This document shows, piece after piece, positions 1-10,101 of a DNA stretch of 64,000 bases. Each line of letters starts with the position of its first letter. Position 1 is the stretch's first letter. The translations under genes were made by a program, and so were the position numbers. Source of the DNA: an uncultured Chloroflexia bacterium (GTDB lineage Bacteria; Chloroflexota; Anaerolineae; Anaerolineales; Anaerolineaceae); NCBI GenBank assembly GCA_963753625.1, contig CAVWCP010000001.1:284714-348713 (forward strand). Reading direction: 5' to 3'. A model generated the notes under the pieces. That model saw only the letters and a program-made list of their open reading frames with translations, made no database searches and was not told the DNA's origin.

Positions 1-1316
1 AAAACGGATGCGAAGCCTGGTGGAAAACGATTTATGTTTTGATCGTACAAACGTTCCGCTCTCAGAAGCGATTACCTATTTCCAGGAAAAAAAACTCCTG
101 GATAAAGTCAGATTACTTAAATACAGACAGAAGCAGTACCTTGTCCTCTATCAATTAGGCGAGCATAAAGATTATCACCATGGTTATATGGTTCCCTCTA
201 CCGGATACCTGAAATGGTTTGACCTGGAATTGGTTGGCGAAGGATTTGTTCTGCGCTTCCCGCGAAGGAATTCACCGAAAACGATTGAACCCATGCCGAG
301 TTATCCAAAATTATTGAGCACTTTCCGGCAATATGGGAACTGGTTGAAAAGACTCGGAATTGAATCGGTGGGAGCGTTAAATGATTCGATCCAGGCTGGA
401 AATATTCGTGAGATCATCCTGGTATCAGAGGCTTTGCACGAACTTCAAATCATTGACATCGCCCAGCATATTGCTGAGAAATCCGACGAAGCCAGGATCA
501 TTCTAATCGCTGGTCCCTCTTCCTCAGGTAAGACCACCTTCTCGAAACGATTATCGGTTCAATTACTGGCGAATGGTTTTTCGCCGTTTCCACTTGAAAT
601 GGACAATTATTTCGTGGATCGGGAAGAAACACCAAGAGATGCATCCGGGCAGTACGATTTTGAATCACTCGGGGCGATGAATACCCATTTGATGGCGGAC
701 CATCTCAAAAGGTTGATTGCTGGTGAAGAGGTGCAGATCCCTAAATATAATTTTAAGAGTGGAAAAAGCGAAAGAGGAGAATCTGTTGTTCTCAAGAAAG
801 ATCAGATCATCATTCTGGAAGGCATCCACGGGTTGAACCCGAAGTTTCTCCCTGAGATTGATCCGACTTCCACATTTAAAATTTATGCTTCATGCCTCAC
901 CCAATTAAATCTGGATCGGTATAACCGAATTTCCACGACGGATACACGTTTGTTAAGACGCATCGTGCGTGATTCGCGTGAACGCGGGTATACAGCTCAA
1001 CAGACTATCGGCCGTTGGGAGTCTGTCCAGCGCGGAGAAAAAGAATATATCTTCCCATACCAGGAAAATGGCAACAAATTGTTCAATTCCGCATCTGGTG
1101 TATGAACTTTCAGCGTTAAGGTTACTGGCTGAGCCTTTGTTACGGCAGGTTCCCTATGGTACACCAGAGCATGTTGAAGCAAAACGACTCTTGGCTTTCC
1201 TGGAATGGTTCTTACCAGTGGAAACCAGCCTGATCCCGGACAATTCGATCCTGTTGGAGTTCCTCGGCGGTTCAATCCTTAAAGAATTCAAATTGTGGGG
1301 AGCGACAAAAGAATAA
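1..1316 (+). pseudogene. Uridine kinase-family P-loop NTPase, 5' end outside the window; one frame change near 1085-1095
   Basis: ORF 8..1105 has Walker A GPSSSGKTTF and the uridine-kinase-like IILEGIHGLNP / RLLRRIVRDSRERG. The expected C-terminus (LVYELSALRLLAEPLL...LEFLGGSILKEF) continues one frame over in ORF 969..1316. The frame is open back to base 2. Confidence 0.7.
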
Positions 1317-1347
1317 AAAAAAGGAGCCGTGAGGACTCCCTTTTTTT
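1315..1347. terminator. Hairpin flanked by A8 and T7 runs between convergent genes (bidirectional intrinsic terminator candidate)
   Basis: aaaaaaaa-GGAGCC-gtga-GGaCTCC-ttttttt, read directly from the sequence. Confidence 0.5.
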
Positions 1348-2563
1348 ACATGAGTTTCTTCTTCAGCGCAATTGCCAGCCTGGAAATCCCTTCGTTGGTT
1401 TTCTCAGGGTTGCAGAATGAAAAGTTCAGCCGCATCGTGTTCTTACCATTACCATCCGGGTGGAAGAACTCACCAGGAACATAGGCTACTTTTTCCTTGA
1501 TGGCTTCCTGCAGCATTTCAGTCGCATTGAATTGTGCCGGCAAAGTCACCCAGAGGAAGAGACCGCCCTGCGGGTGAGTCCAATGGACACCTTCCGGCAT
1601 ATGCTCTTCAAGGGCATCCAGCATAGCGTTACGTCTTACGCGATATGTATCCTGGATCACTTTAACATGTTGATCGATAAAACCATGCTGACCAACTTCG
1701 TGGGCGACGATTTGGTTGAAGGTGGCGGTATGCAGATCAGTTCCCTGTTTGGCGAGAGAAAGCTTGCGGATGACTTCTTTTGGAGCGATAACCCATGCTA
1801 ATCGAAGCCCTGGAGCAAGTATCTTTGAAAATGTGCTCAGATAAATTACATTACCAGAATAGTTGCCGTTATTTTCACGCATCTGTGAGTCAAGCAATTC
1901 AACAGCGGGCAAGTCCTCACCTTCATAGCGAAGTTGCCCATAAGGATCATCCTCGATGATGGGTACACCATAGCGATCGGCCATTTCTATCAGTTTCTTA
2001 CGGCGTTCCAGAGGCAACGTTGTTCCAGTAGGGTTTTGGAAATTGGGCAGGGCATATATGAATTTTGGTCCAATGCGCAAGGCGTCTTCAAGCAGATCTG
2101 TACGCATGCCGTCATCATCTGCCTTTACTGTGATGTATTCTGCACCGTAAGCATTCCAAGCCTGGAGCGCACCCAGATAGGTCGGAGATTCTACCAGGAT
2201 GCGATCCCCTCGATTGATGAAGATCTTCCCGATAAGGTCGAGAGCTTGCTGCGATCCTGAGGTGATGAGGATATTATCAATATCAACGGTGATGCCGATG
2301 CGGTTGGTGTGCCGTGCGATCATTTCACGTAGTGGGACATAACCATCTGTCCCGCTATATTGCAATGCCTCTGCCCCCTTATGTTCCAGGACAGTATTGC
2401 ATGCCCGTTGGAATTCTTTGACCGGGAACACCTCTGCAGCTGGAAACCCTCCGCCAAAAGAAATCATGTCCGGTTGTTCTGCAAATTTTAACAATTCACG
2501 AATGGCCGAAGCCTTCATCTTTTGTGTGCGCTGTGCATATCTATAGTCCCAGGGGGTTTGCAT
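1346..2563 (-). CDS. PLP-dependent aminotransferase, class I/II (2-aminoadipate/aromatic aminotransferase-like)
   Basis: Intact 405-aa ORF. It has the N-terminal SAIRELLK motif, NPTG, and STFSKILAPGLRLAW (PLP-lysine region), typical of fold-type I aminotransferases. Confidence 0.85.
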   Translation of the reverse strand: MQTPWDYRYAQRTQKMKASAIRELLKFAEQPDMISFGGGFPAAEVFPVKEFQRACNTVLEHKGAEALQYSGTDGYVPLREMIARHTNRIGITVDIDNILITSGSQQALDLIGKIFINRGDRILVESPTYLGALQAWNAYGAEYITVKADDDGMRTDLLEDALRIGPKFIYALPNFQNPTGTTLPLERRKKLIEMADRYGVPIIEDDPYGQLRYEGEDLPAVELLDSQMRENNGNYSGNVIYLSTFSKILAPGLRLAWVIAPKEVIRKLSLAKQGTDLHTATFNQIVAHEVGQHGFIDQHVKVIQDTYRVRRNAMLDALEEHMPEGVHWTHPQGGLFLWVTLPAQFNATEMLQEAIKEKVAYVPGEFFHPDGNGKNTMRLNFSFCNPEKTNEGISRLAIALKKKLM

Positions 2564-2611
2564 TTTTGGAATTCTCTCCTTAGATCAATTTATTAACTAT
2601 TCATTACTCGT

Positions 2612-4069
2612 TTAAAGCTTTGGAAAACGACTGACAACGGTTGCTGGAGTGGGTAAGGTGACCTTATCGCCAGATACCAGATCACCAGGAGCTTTGGATG
2701 CCTGCTTGGGGGCACCCTGATAAATAAATATTGGAGTGCCTTCAATTGCACTGCGCAGGTCCAGGAATGCCTGACCGGTAAGGAAGCCTTCTTTATCGAT
2801 AGCGCAACTGGTGACAACTCCGATCATTTTACCCTTGGCATCGACCACTGGATCGCCATTATGCGCCATGCGAACTGCTTTTTCATTGAATCGGAAGCGG
2901 ATAACTTCTCCCTTACGTTCTTTCTCTCTTTCGATGTAGGCGTCCCGCCCAATGAACCAGGGTTTGTATTCTTTCACATAAGAACCAAACCCGGCTTCCG
3001 CTACACCGAAATTCATTTCGCCGCCCATTTCGTGACCGTAAAGCGGCAAGCCGGCTTCTGTCCGTAAAGAGTCACGCGCGCCTAAACCACAGGCTTTCAT
3101 CCCAAGAGGTTCGCCAATCTTGCTTATTGCCTGCCACAAGGCAGCAGCTTTCTCAGGGTGAACAAAGAGTTCAAACGCCATTTTCTCGCCAGTATACCCA
3201 GTGCGGGAGACTATCAGGTCAAATCCACCGACAATCGCGTCACAGAGTTCAGTGCGTTTGAGTGCTTTGATACGTTTGGTTGTAACAGCGTCACAACCGA
3301 GCGCCAGGAGAATGTCGCGCGATTTTGGTCCCTGTAAGGCAATATCGACACGCATATCTTTGCCTTGCTTGGGATCCCGCAAGTTGCGCAAGGTAAGTCC
3401 TGTGCCGAAAGCGACCACCCATGGACGATCCCCATCGATGGCTACTTTGTTTTCGCGTACAGCATTGAGCCAAGCCCAATCTTTTGCGTCATTCGAGGCA
3501 TTCACCACAACCAGGTATTTTTCTTTATCGCGCCGGTAGACAAGCGTGTCATCAATGACATTCGCCTGGGGGTCGAGGAAATGTGTGTAACAGGATTCAC
3601 CAACTTCCAATCCGCCAATATCATTGCCGCAAACACTATCAAGGAACTGGGCGGCATGCGAACCTTCAGCCTGGAAGACACCCATGTGGGCGACATCAAA
3701 TAATCCGGCAACTTCACGGCAGGCAAGATGTTCTTCCACCACCGAGTTGTACCAAACAGGCATATCCCAGCCGGCAAATGGGATGATCTTCGCACCCATA
3801 GCTTTATGAGTCTCATACAAAGGCGTGCGCATCAGTTTATCGATTGGTTTTTCTTCCCATGAGAATTTTGGCAAGCGGGTAGTTGGAGAACTCTTCTGGC
3901 CAATGAAATAGGGTTTCCGATTTTTCTCAATTTCATTCTTTGAAATTGTTAAGAGGATTTCAGGGTTCTCTTCGATCACGATCGGTCCGGGAATACGGCG
4001 GGGAAGATCCTGATCAAAGGCGATATAACCATCAGAAAGATCACGGAGGAAAGCGGCTACGAGTCCCAT
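2612..4069 (-). CDS. gcvT: Aminomethyltransferase (glycine cleavage T protein) with a 79-aa N-terminal extension
   Basis: From residue 80 (MRTPLYETHKAMGAKIIPFAGWDMPVWY...GLFDVAHMGVF) the ORF is a canonical GcvT, so the canonical start would be 3832. The extension (LRDLSDGYIAFD...KPYFIGQ) is in the same frame. See the finding on a possible fusion with glyA. Confidence 0.8.
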   Translation of the reverse strand: MGLVAAFLRDLSDGYIAFDQDLPRRIPGPIVIEENPEILLTISKNEIEKNRKPYFIGQKSSPTTRLPKFSWEEKPIDKLMRTPLYETHKAMGAKIIPFAGWDMPVWYNSVVEEHLACREVAGLFDVAHMGVFQAEGSHAAQFLDSVCGNDIGGLEVGESCYTHFLDPQANVIDDTLVYRRDKEKYLVVVNASNDAKDWAWLNAVRENKVAIDGDRPWVVAFGTGLTLRNLRDPKQGKDMRVDIALQGPKSRDILLALGCDAVTTKRIKALKRTELCDAIVGGFDLIVSRTGYTGEKMAFELFVHPEKAAALWQAISKIGEPLGMKACGLGARDSLRTEAGLPLYGHEMGGEMNFGVAEAGFGSYVKEYKPWFIGRDAYIEREKERKGEVIRFRFNEKAVRMAHNGDPVVDAKGKMIGVVTSCAIDKEGFLTGQAFLDLRSAIEGTPIFIYQGAPKQASKAPGDLVSGDKVTLPTPATVVSRFPKL

Positions 4070-4180
4070 AACTGACTTTGGGGAATGTAAAGCGATACTT
4101 GGTCGAATCCACTTTACCCAGTTGCCCGTGAATGGTCGACTCTAAAGATTGACAAGGACGCAGGTTGATCTTCTCCAACT

Positions 4181-5743
4181 TTAAGGGATCCAGTGTCTGA
4201 ACTGAAGCAGTATTGCACAAAATGCTCCACATGCTCCCCATATATATCCAGGGAGGTGGATTCTGACTTTCGATTGGGATTTGTCATCGATGTAATAAAA
4301 ATGGGGATAACCGCTCTTGTGGAATTCCAAATCAGCGCCGGCTTTTTCGCACAATTCCCGCACGCGAATCTTGGCTTTTTCCAAAACCTGGAAATCTACT
4401 TTCGCTCGAACTGCAGGTCCTTTTTTTGTATCCACAGAGTATGGGACAGTGGCCAGGAGAACATCAGCAATGATATCTGCAACTGCAACCATCTCAGTTT
4501 CCAACATACCCCGCTGTGTCATCCAGGGAGTGCCATAACGGATCCCTGAAGCGAATAACGCGGTTTTATCCCCCGGGATGGTGTTGCGGTTAAGGACAAT
4601 GCCGGCAACATCGAGGATGCGGGCTGCCATATCTCCGGAGAGAGTTGTACCGTCCGGTCCAACAATGGTTTTACAATCCACGTTGCCCAAGTGGGAATTT
4701 GTTCCACTGAACGAAATGCGTAATCCGCGTTTCTTCAATTGACCGGTAAGCGCTTGGCAATTCTTTATGATCTGGGATTGAAGTTCTCTAAATGGTTTTT
4801 CGCTTGCGAGCTTGAAGGTGGTGGCAAGGGCAGCAAAGACATGAACATGCGGGCCGCCTTGTTCGCCCGGGAAAACAGCCTTGTCGATTTTTTTGGAAAG
4901 GGCAGGATCAGTGGTGAGGATACAAGCTCCCCGGGGTCCACAAAGGGTTTTATGCGTGGTGAAGGTGATGACATGCGCATGACCGACTGGGGAAGGGATG
5001 GCTTTACCGGCGATCATGCCCGCGATATGAGAGACATCTGCTAAAAGGTAAGCCCCGACCGAATCCGCGATAGCGCGGAAGCGCGCCCAGTCAGGAATCC
5101 ATGGATATGAAGAATATCCGCAGATGATCACCTTTGGCAAATTTTCTTTGGCGATGGCTTCCAATTTGTCATAATCGATCATTTCAGTCTGCGGATCGAC
5201 ATTGTAGTGAGAAACGCGGTAGAGTTTTCCGGTGCGGTTTACCGAAGAGCCATGAGTCAGGTGACCGCCATGCAGCAGGTTCATGCCAAGTATTGCATCC
5301 CCGGGTTCGATGAGTGCGTGGTAAACAGCATTATTGGCAGGTGCTCCGGAAAGTGCCTGGATGTTGACGAAAATCTGATCCGCCGAAACTTTGTCAGTGG
5401 CGAATACCTCAGCGCAGCGTCTGCGTGCCAGGGATTCAATGGCGTCGGCATACTCTACTCCCTTGTAGTAGCGCGGGTCAGCATAACGCCGGTAGTATGC
5501 CAGTCGGGTAGGGTAATCGAGGATTTCTGCCTGAGACATCCAGCGCGTTTCTTCATCTGGATAGCCCTCTGCATAGAGATTCTGGAAGACAGAGCTGAGC
5601 GATTCTCGAACAGCAGCAGGAGCTGTGCTTTCAGACGGAATGAGAATGAGTTTACGGAACTGCCTTTCAGTTTCAAATTCAGATAATTGATATACTTCAG
5701 GATCGATCTCATTAAGTTTCCCACGGATAAGGAAGTCTTTCAT
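4181..5743 (-). CDS. glyA: Serine hydroxymethyltransferase, long form with a C-terminal extension
   Basis: 520-aa ORF with LIPSESTAP, SGAPANNAVYHALIEPGD, and TFTTHKTLCGPRG (PLP-lysine motif). The last ~60 aa go beyond a normal SHMT and look like the start of another domain. Confidence 0.8.
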   Translation of the reverse strand: MKDFLIRGKLNEIDPEVYQLSEFETERQFRKLILIPSESTAPAAVRESLSSVFQNLYAEGYPDEETRWMSQAEILDYPTRLAYYRRYADPRYYKGVEYADAIESLARRRCAEVFATDKVSADQIFVNIQALSGAPANNAVYHALIEPGDAILGMNLLHGGHLTHGSSVNRTGKLYRVSHYNVDPQTEMIDYDKLEAIAKENLPKVIICGYSSYPWIPDWARFRAIADSVGAYLLADVSHIAGMIAGKAIPSPVGHAHVITFTTHKTLCGPRGACILTTDPALSKKIDKAVFPGEQGGPHVHVFAALATTFKLASEKPFRELQSQIIKNCQALTGQLKKRGLRISFSGTNSHLGNVDCKTIVGPDGTTLSGDMAARILDVAGIVLNRNTIPGDKTALFASGIRYGTPWMTQRGMLETEMVAVADIIADVLLATVPYSVDTKKGPAVRAKVDFQVLEKAKIRVRELCEKAGADLEFHKSGYPHFYYIDDKSQSKVRIHLPGYIWGACGAFCAILLQFRHWIP

Positions 5744-5747
5744 CGGT

Positions 5748-5870
5748 CTCTCTCCTTGATTAGATTAAAATAAAAAACCACCTTTGGATCGCCGAACAGC
5801 GTATCCTTGGAGAGGTTTAATCAGTGAGGTATCAGTCATTCGTTTCTCAATCGCCAGATTTTTCACTGAT
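5748..5870 (-). promoter_or_regulatory. Structured 5' leader of glyA with a possible anti-SD element
   Basis: On the mRNA strand an 8-bp stem (plus-strand atcagtga 5820-5827 / tcactgat 5863-5870) encloses 35 nt. Downstream come CCUCUCC (complement of 5809-5815), a 7-bp hairpin (5786-5806), a U run, then the SD GGAGAGAG (5748-5755). CCUCUCC can pair with the SD. Confidence 0.25.
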
Positions 5871-6142
5871 CAACGGGACAATCAGGATCAGACATGAAAC
5901 CCTACGCACTAGTCTATTGTAGCCTGACTGCTAAAAAGGGTCAAGAGACGCCTTTGAAATGAACATTCCATGAATAAAAATATCAATAAAAAAAGTTGGT
6001 TTTTTAATAGTATTGTCAGAATACTCAAGAAAATGATAATTTAATAATCCTTAGGTCAGGTAAAATGCGCTATCCTGATTAATAGAATGACTTTATAATC
6101 CTGTAATGAATTAATTCCAGGATAACCAACCTTTTAGAAGCG

Positions 6143-8561
6143 GTGGGAAAGGCAGCACGAATGGAAGAAGCAGTTCAAATTGAAAAACCAAAAGTAGATG
6201 CAAAAGGCTGCGGTGTTGTCCTTTTAGTTGTATTGGCTTCACTGTGGATTATTGTTCTATCTGGAATTAACCTTTTTGCTACCTGGGCACTCGAACAGAC
6301 TTTGTTTGAGAGTTCAAGTGGTGTTGCGGATATTCGTTGGGTAATCCACGCGGTGTATGCAGCACTGGTATTCATACCAACTTTAATCCTGAGCTTTGAC
6401 GGTCAAAAACCCGCGGTTAAAACTGATCTTTCGCGTATGGATGATTGCTTCAATCTTGGCAATACTTACCATCCCCTTAAAAATGTTATATCTTACCGCC
6501 CAAAACGAGACTGCGATCCTGCAGATCAGTTCAATGACCATGCTTCTGATTGGATTGATCGCGTTCAAAAAACCAATTGAAGGTCAACCACCTAATCTCA
6601 AACCAAAATCAACATTACTCGGAATTGCCGGAATCCTGGTTTTTGGATTGTCCATCCCGTGGCTTCTCTGGGGAGCAATGGGTTCTGTACTGGATACACT
6701 ACTTGAATGCGGCGTTGGGATCGTATTCGGTCTGCTGGTTGGTAAATTACTCTTTCCAAAATACCTGGAACGGGTCCACACTGAAGAACGCGAATTGCGT
6801 GTATCAGACCTTATCCTGGATGGATTTGTAGTATGCATTACCCTGCTCATTTTCGTGACAGCACTGGCACATAATGGTTCTCAATCCATGCTGGTGATCG
6901 CGGTTCCGATCAGCGGCTGGGTGCTGGCGGGGTTGTCTATTGCGGGGATCGGTAGACGGGACCAGGGGCAAAAGGCCGTTTTTTTGGTAGCATCATTCGT
7001 GATTGCTTTGCCTTTGGTTTTCTTTGATATGGATGAACTCTCTTTGATCATCGGAAGCGGTGATGGAGAGGTTCTGTTTTGGGCAAACCGAGCTGCCTGG
7101 TTCACGTTTATGAGTTTGATCACCCTCATCATCGTGATCATGCTTAACTTCCGTTTTCTGAAAAATATCAACCTACCGTTGAAATGGAATTTCGGTTTGC
7201 TTGCGGCGAGCATCGTTAGTTTTTTGATGGTCTACGCATTCTGGGGACAAATCGGATTTCATGGAGAAAAAGTGTTTGTTATCCTTAAATCCCAGGCAGA
7301 TCTAGCCAGCGTTGCAAGTATCGAGGATCAGTCCGTAAGACGGCAGGGGGTATATCGACAATTAACAGAATATGCCACCGATAGTCAGACTGAACTCCGA
7401 GGTACGTTGGACAGGTTCCAAATAAATTACACCCCTTATTACCTGGTCAATGGTTTTGAGGTGAGTGGTGGAAACCTTGTAAAAATGCTGTTGGCGCGTA
7501 ATGATGCGGTTGACCGCATACTTGACAGCCCTCAGTTACGTCCGCTTCCGCAGGTGAACAATGCTGGAGAGGCAGACACTCAAACAATCCCTGAAACTCC
7601 AGCCTGGAATATTCAAATGATCCGCGCCGAACAGGTGGCAAAGGAATTGAAAATCAACGGGAGAGGAATTATTATCGGTCAAACAGACAGCGGGGTGGAT
7701 GGCAGGCACCCTCAACTTATGGAAAATTATCGAGGGTCAAGCAGCAGTGATAACTACAATTGGTTTGATCCCTGGAATGCATCTCCGTTTCCAGTGGACC
7801 TTTCAGGCCATGGAACGATGACTCTTGGAATTGCTGCGGGTAAGGATATTGGGATTGCACCCGGCGCCCAATGGATTGGTTGTGTAAACCTGGCGCGCAA
7901 TCTTGGCAACCCGGCAAGGTACCTGGACTGTATGCAGTTCATGCTTGCGCCATTCCCTCAGGGCGGTGACCCATTCAAGGATGGTGATCCATCGATGGGT
8001 GCAAATATTGTCAACAACTCCTGGGGCTGCCCGGATGTGGAAGGATGTGATTCATCGGTATATAAGGAGGCAATGAATGCACTGACCACCGCGGGCATCT
8101 TTATGTCCGCAGCCGCAGGTAACACTGGTAATTATGGATGTGCTTCAGTCACAGATCCGATTGCTATTTATGCATCAGTTTTCACTGCAGGCGCGGTTAA
8201 TCAGAACGGCGATTTATCCTCATTTTCAAGCGTCGGTCCTGTTTTGGTAGACGGGAGTGAAAGACAAAAACCCGATATCCTTGCTCCAGGCGAAACGGTA
8301 ACCAGTTCATACCCAGGAGGCGGTTATACCACGGCGGATGGTACCTCTTTTGCCGCACCTCACGTGACCGGTGTGGTGGCTTTGATGTGGTCGGCAAATC
8401 CTGCATTGATCGGTGATGTGGAGAATACAATGAAAATATTGAGATACACAGCGCAGGAATACAAGGGTATTCCACCAATTTGCGGCGAAGTTGACCAGGC
8501 AGTCGGGGCAGGCATCCTGGATGCATACGCTGCTGTGCAGGCGGCGATTAATTGGAAATAA
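6143..8561 (+). pseudogene. Membrane-anchored S8 (subtilisin-family) serine peptidase; one frame change near 6400
   Basis: ORF 6143..6580 (TM helices) continues in ORF 6396..8561 around the A5 run at 6405-6409. The first ~300 aa are polytopic membrane segments. The catalytic motifs GQTDSGVDG (Asp), SGHGTMT (His) and GTSFAAPHVTG (Ser) are present. Confidence 0.75.
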
Positions 8562-8607
8562 CACTGAACAACATCGCATCCATAACTGTAGAGATGGGTT
8601 TAATCAG

Positions 8608-9217
8608 ATGACAAAAGGAAACAAGCAGAAAATTCCGGGAGATCACTGCGGAAAACGCATCCAGTTAGCCCGGACAGGTAATCCAGAAGCTTTTTCCTAC
8701 TTGTACAGCCAGAATGTAACCCGTATATACAACTATATTTTTTACCGGGTTGGTTCTGAAGATGATGCAGAAGATATCACTTCGCGGGTTTTCTACCGTG
8801 CTTTTGGGCACATTAAAAATTATGAGGAAAAAGGGATACCATTTTCAGCCTGGTTTTACCGGATCGCGCATAATCTGATAGCCAACTGGCATCGAGACAG
8901 ACAACGCCGGAAAGAAGTATCACTTGATGAACAACCCGAAATTCCACAACGGCAGGATCTCCCTGAAACCTTGGTGGAAAAAAACCAGGAAACCGAGCTA
9001 CTCCTGAAAGGCATCAGAAGGATCGCTCCTGATCGACAGCAATTGATCTTACTGAAATACCTGGAAGATCTTTCAAACGCGGAAATTGCCCAAATAATGG
9101 GGCGGACTGAAGGTGCGATTAAAAGTCTTTTATCATCGGGCATTAATCGCCCTGAAAGATGAAATGGTGAAAATTGGTTATGAAACAGATAAAAAAAGGG
9201 GATTGGAAAATGAATGA
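8608..9217 (+). pseudogene. ECF-type RNA polymerase sigma-70 family factor; frame change near 9121-9131
   Basis: Region 2 is FSAWFYRIAHNLIANWHRDRQRR and region 4 is LSNAEIAQIMGRTEGAIKSL. The likely start is ATG 8608. The expected tail YHRALIALKDEM is in the next frame, with its stop at 9215-9217. Confidence 0.8.
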
Positions 9218-9461
9218 GCCATTTAGCAGGTTGAGAAACGCCAATATTGGTAATCTGGAATCAAAGTTATCTCAATTGATTAAACCGGTCATGCCGGATG
9301 CTGATTTTGTAAATTCGCTTAAGAATAAGATCACAAATGTGCCAACAATTTTTGTGGAATCTACGAAAAAGAATACAAAATTACTTTTCGTGGGTATTGG
9401 AGTACTGGTCAGTGCCATTTTAGTATGGGTAATAAAGCAGATTAACCTCGCGCGGCAGTAA
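9210..9461 (+). CDS. Small single-pass membrane protein, possible anti-sigma factor
   Basis: ATG 9210 overlaps the reconstructed sigma stop (ATGAATGA). The C-terminal TM segment is LLFVGIGVLVSAILVWVI. The anti-sigma role is inferred from position only; no known anti-sigma motif was seen. Confidence 0.4.
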   Translation: MNEPFSRLRNANIGNLESKLSQLIKPVMPDADFVNSLKNKITNVPTIFVESTKKNTKLLFVGIGVLVSAILVWVIKQINLARQ

Positions 9462-9470
9462 AGAGTAGAA

Positions 9471-9723
9471 TTACCCCAAGTTGAATTTTGCTCGGAGTTG
9501 AGAAGTGGAAGGCTCTGTGAGTGTGGATCCATCCGGGAAGATGATGGTTGGAACGCTCCTGAAATCCGCCATTAATCTGTTCGACCAATTTTCCAGCCTC
9601 ACGATCTACATCAATATCAATCCATTCATACTCAATATTATTGTCGTCAAAAAAACGCTTCGCCCTGCGAGAATCTCCACACCAAGTAGTTCCATAAACA
9701 ATTATCTTTCTTGTTTCCGGCAT
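9471..9723 (-). pseudogene. Glutaredoxin-like (mycoredoxin/NrdH-like) small redox protein; frame change near 9560
   Basis: IIVYGTTWCGDSRRAKRFFDDNNIEYEWIDID in ORF 9442..9723 is followed by RSVPTIIFPDGSTLTEPSTSQLRAKFNLG in the adjacent frame, ending at stop 9471-9473. Confidence 0.7.
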
Positions 9724-10059
9724 TAATCCTCCAGTTTCCTTTCAAGTAAGGATATCACTAATTTCGCTTCTGAGACCAGATCAACACCTGAAGGAAGTTG
9801 AAACTGCTCATTGACCTTAAGAGAAAGCCTATCCAAGGATTCGAACAAGTTGTGGCGGGAGCAACTCCCTGGCACTTTGATCCATAAGGAGGTTAAAAAG
9901 AGAAACTGATTGAAAAATATTGTACTTCTCAATCAAATATTCTCTAATTGCCATACCAGCAGATCGCCGTGCACAAACCCTTGCGCGACCCTCAAAGCCT
10001 GCTGTATGGGCTTCACGGGCATGCTGTAATTCATTCCATGCATCTTCGAATGGTTTCAC
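9723..10059 (-). pseudogene. Hypothetical protein; frame change near 9850; stop overlaps the glutaredoxin-like start by 1 nt
   Basis: ORFs 9829..10059 and 9723..9932 are collinear (..LMDQSARELLP / ..LVESLDRLSLKVNEQF..). No family was recognised. Confidence 0.35.
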
Positions 10060-10101
10060 AATTCTATTTTAATCGAAAAGGAATATGTTAAAATCAATCC
10101 G

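Noticed and set aside
5744-5950. Glycine, THF or ZTP riboswitch upstream of glyA
   Set aside because: By eye I could not find the conserved cores: ACCGAAGG-type glycine aptamer elements and the CCGCCTGGGC ZTP pseudoknot. It is kept only as an unassigned structured leader.
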